NCBI GenBank assembly: GCA_020721385.1
Contig: DYMW01000001.1
Span: forward strand, 1-40,119
Reading direction: 5' to 3'
Source of the DNA: Sulfurovum sp.
Lineage (GTDB): Bacteria > Campylobacterota > Campylobacteria > Campylobacterales > Sulfurovaceae
Length of the DNA stretch: 40,119 nucleotides
Position 1 is the first letter of the stretch; each line of letters starts with the position of its first letter. The notes below the pieces were generated by a model, which was not told where the DNA came from, made no database searches, and worked only from the letters and a program-made list of their open reading frames with translations. Positions 38,966 through 40,119 of this stretch are shown here, piece by piece. A program made the position numbers and the translations under genes.

Positions 38966-39173
38966 TGTTTACTCCTACTGTAAATAATTAATTTTATTTT
39001 ATTTCTAATTGTGACATAAAAAATAACTTTAAGTATTTTTTTATGTTAACATAGATAAAAACATACTATAACCAATTTAAATATAAAATAAAAGATATTT
39101 TTTTTTTATCTAAAATATTTCAACAGATTTTTAGAATTATTGTTATCAATTCGTTATCTTTTTATAGTAAACT

Positions 39174-39863
39174 ATGGGTATGAAAACGCAATCCTTAGAA
39201 ATCATCATTATTGAAGATGAAGAAGACATTTTAGAACTTATTGAATATCACCTACAAAAAGCTGGTTATGCCACCATGGGATTTCTCTCTACGGAAAATG
39301 TTGAACAATTCCTAGAAGAAGAAAACCCTGCACTGATGATTGTTGACCGTAATCTTCCACGCGTTGAAGGGAGTGAATTTGTAAAAAAACTTCGTTCTTA
39401 TGGGTACAATATTCCTATTATTTTTTTAACCGCCAAAGACAAAGACAGCGACTTAGAAGAAGGTTTTAAACGAGGTGGAGATGATTATATCACCAAACCT
39501 TTTAAGCCCAAAGAGCTACTGCTTCGTGTGGAAGCCCTACTAAGACGTTCAGGTGCAACCTCTAGTAATAAACTTAAATATCGAGACCTTTCCCTTGATG
39601 TCTCCAATCATGAACTGTATATCAATAAAACCCCCATTGAATTAACCAATTTAGAGTTTAAACTGCTCTACACTTTTATGAAAAATCCAAACCTTGCTCT
39701 TGAACGTGACTTTTTACGTGATGAAGTTTGGGGTGAAGACAGTATGAACTTTAATGATAAAACAATCAATGTTACCATTAACAGACTCAAGAAAAAAATT
39801 GACCCTACAGGAAAAAAAGAGTACTTTCTACCTGTTTGGGGTGTGGGATACAAGTTGGTTTAA
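39174..39863 (+). CDS. OmpR/PhoB-family response regulator (no cognate kinase adjacent)
   Basis: IIEDEEDILELIEYHL, IVDRNLP, FLTAK, DDYITKPF, wHTH LTNLEFKLL...VTINRLKKKI...VWGVGY. Confidence 0.9.
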   Translation: MGMKTQSLEIIIIEDEEDILELIEYHLQKAGYATMGFLSTENVEQFLEEENPALMIVDRNLPRVEGSEFVKKLRSYGYNIPIIFLTAKDKDSDLEEGFKRGGDDYITKPFKPKELLLRVEALLRRSGATSSNKLKYRDLSLDVSNHELYINKTPIELTNLEFKLLYTFMKNPNLALERDFLRDEVWGEDSMNFNDKTINVTINRLKKKIDPTGKKEYFLPVWGVGYKLV

Positions 39864-40019
39864 TTCTCTTTTTCCCCCTCCACATTCCAAAACTTCATTC
39901 CTTTTAACCACACAAAAACTTCTTTTTTAACTTTTATACCCTCTACAATACATTCTTATTCTCTTTTTTCTTCTTGTTGTATCTATATTTTTTTAGTATC
40001 TTTTAGCATCATTTTTAAA

Positions 40020-40063
40020 TGTAATCATTATGTAACCACTTTGTAACCACTTTGTAATACAAT
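40020..40063 (+). promoter_or_regulatory. Four 11-bp-period direct repeats (pho-box-like) overlapping a -10 element
   Basis: TGTAATCATTA-TGTAACCACTT-TGTAACCACTT-TGTAATACAAT; TACAAT at 40058-40063; AGGAG RBS at 40083. Confidence 0.7.
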
Positions 40064-40096
40064 TCTCTAATTAAAAAAACATAGGAGTTTTTCACA

Positions 40097-40119
40097 ATGA
40101 AAAAAATCATATTATCAAC
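40097..40119 (+). CDS. 5' end of an exported protein (truncated by the window edge)
   Basis: ATG after an AGGAG RBS; MKKIILS is a typical signal-peptide start. Confidence 0.6.

Noticed and set aside
10-39135. Identical 16-mer TCAACAGATTTTTAGA at 10-25 and 39120-39135, which could look like att sites
   Set aside because: The intervening DNA is core housekeeping (nuo, panD, recQ), there is no integrase or tRNA, and one such AT-rich match is plausible by chance in 40 kb.
39142-39158. GTTATC repeated at an 11-bp period upstream of the regulator, and similar weak periodic repeats at 2939/2950
   Set aside because: Campylobacterota sigma-70 promoters have an intrinsic helical-period AT signal upstream of -10, so two short repeats are not enough to call an operator.
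580-39853. Numerous 60-135-aa ORFs in the track that lie antisense to, or out of frame within, the called genes
   Set aside because: They are shadow ORFs with no recognisable motifs and overlap well-supported genes.
39861-40012. Purine-rich minus-strand frame with two internal stops (MLKDTKKI*IQQEEKRE*ECIVEGIKVKKEVFVW...)
   Set aside because: It could be a gene remnant, but it is too short and low-complexity to support a pseudogene call.

Overview
AT-rich chromosomal window from a Campylobacterota bacterium; gene content and protein style suggest a Sulfurovum/Sulfurimonas-like sulfur oxidiser (inference). Left to right: hypothetical-mqnP-pssA-like genes divergent from miaA; an 8-gene cluster with three NosL-fold proteins, a LolD/FtsX-type ABC system, a Cys-rich membrane protein and a DsbD_2 protein, with no nosZ in the window; a DUF89 phosphatase preceded by an unannotated 37-aa membrane peptide; and a 17.3-kb complex I (nuo) operon. 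That operon has no canonical NuoE/NuoF. It carries instead a small epsilon-type NuoE/NuoX, a 669-aa GltD/SfrB-like flavoprotein with NADPH-type motifs, and two tandem NuoG paralogues with different Fe-S motif sets. Then come a two-component system, ybaB, panD, a thioredoxin-like [2Fe-2S] ferredoxin, an OmpA plus Ca-repeat lipoprotein pair, recQ, rnhB, two exported proteins sharing a C-terminal anchor-like motif, a PhoB/OmpR-like regulator and a gene start preceded by four 11-bp-spaced direct repeats. No rRNA, tRNA, CRISPR array or intact mobile element was recognised. The best candidates for under-described systems are the dual-input complex I, the NosL/ABC metal-trafficking cluster and a possible new C-terminal sorting signal.
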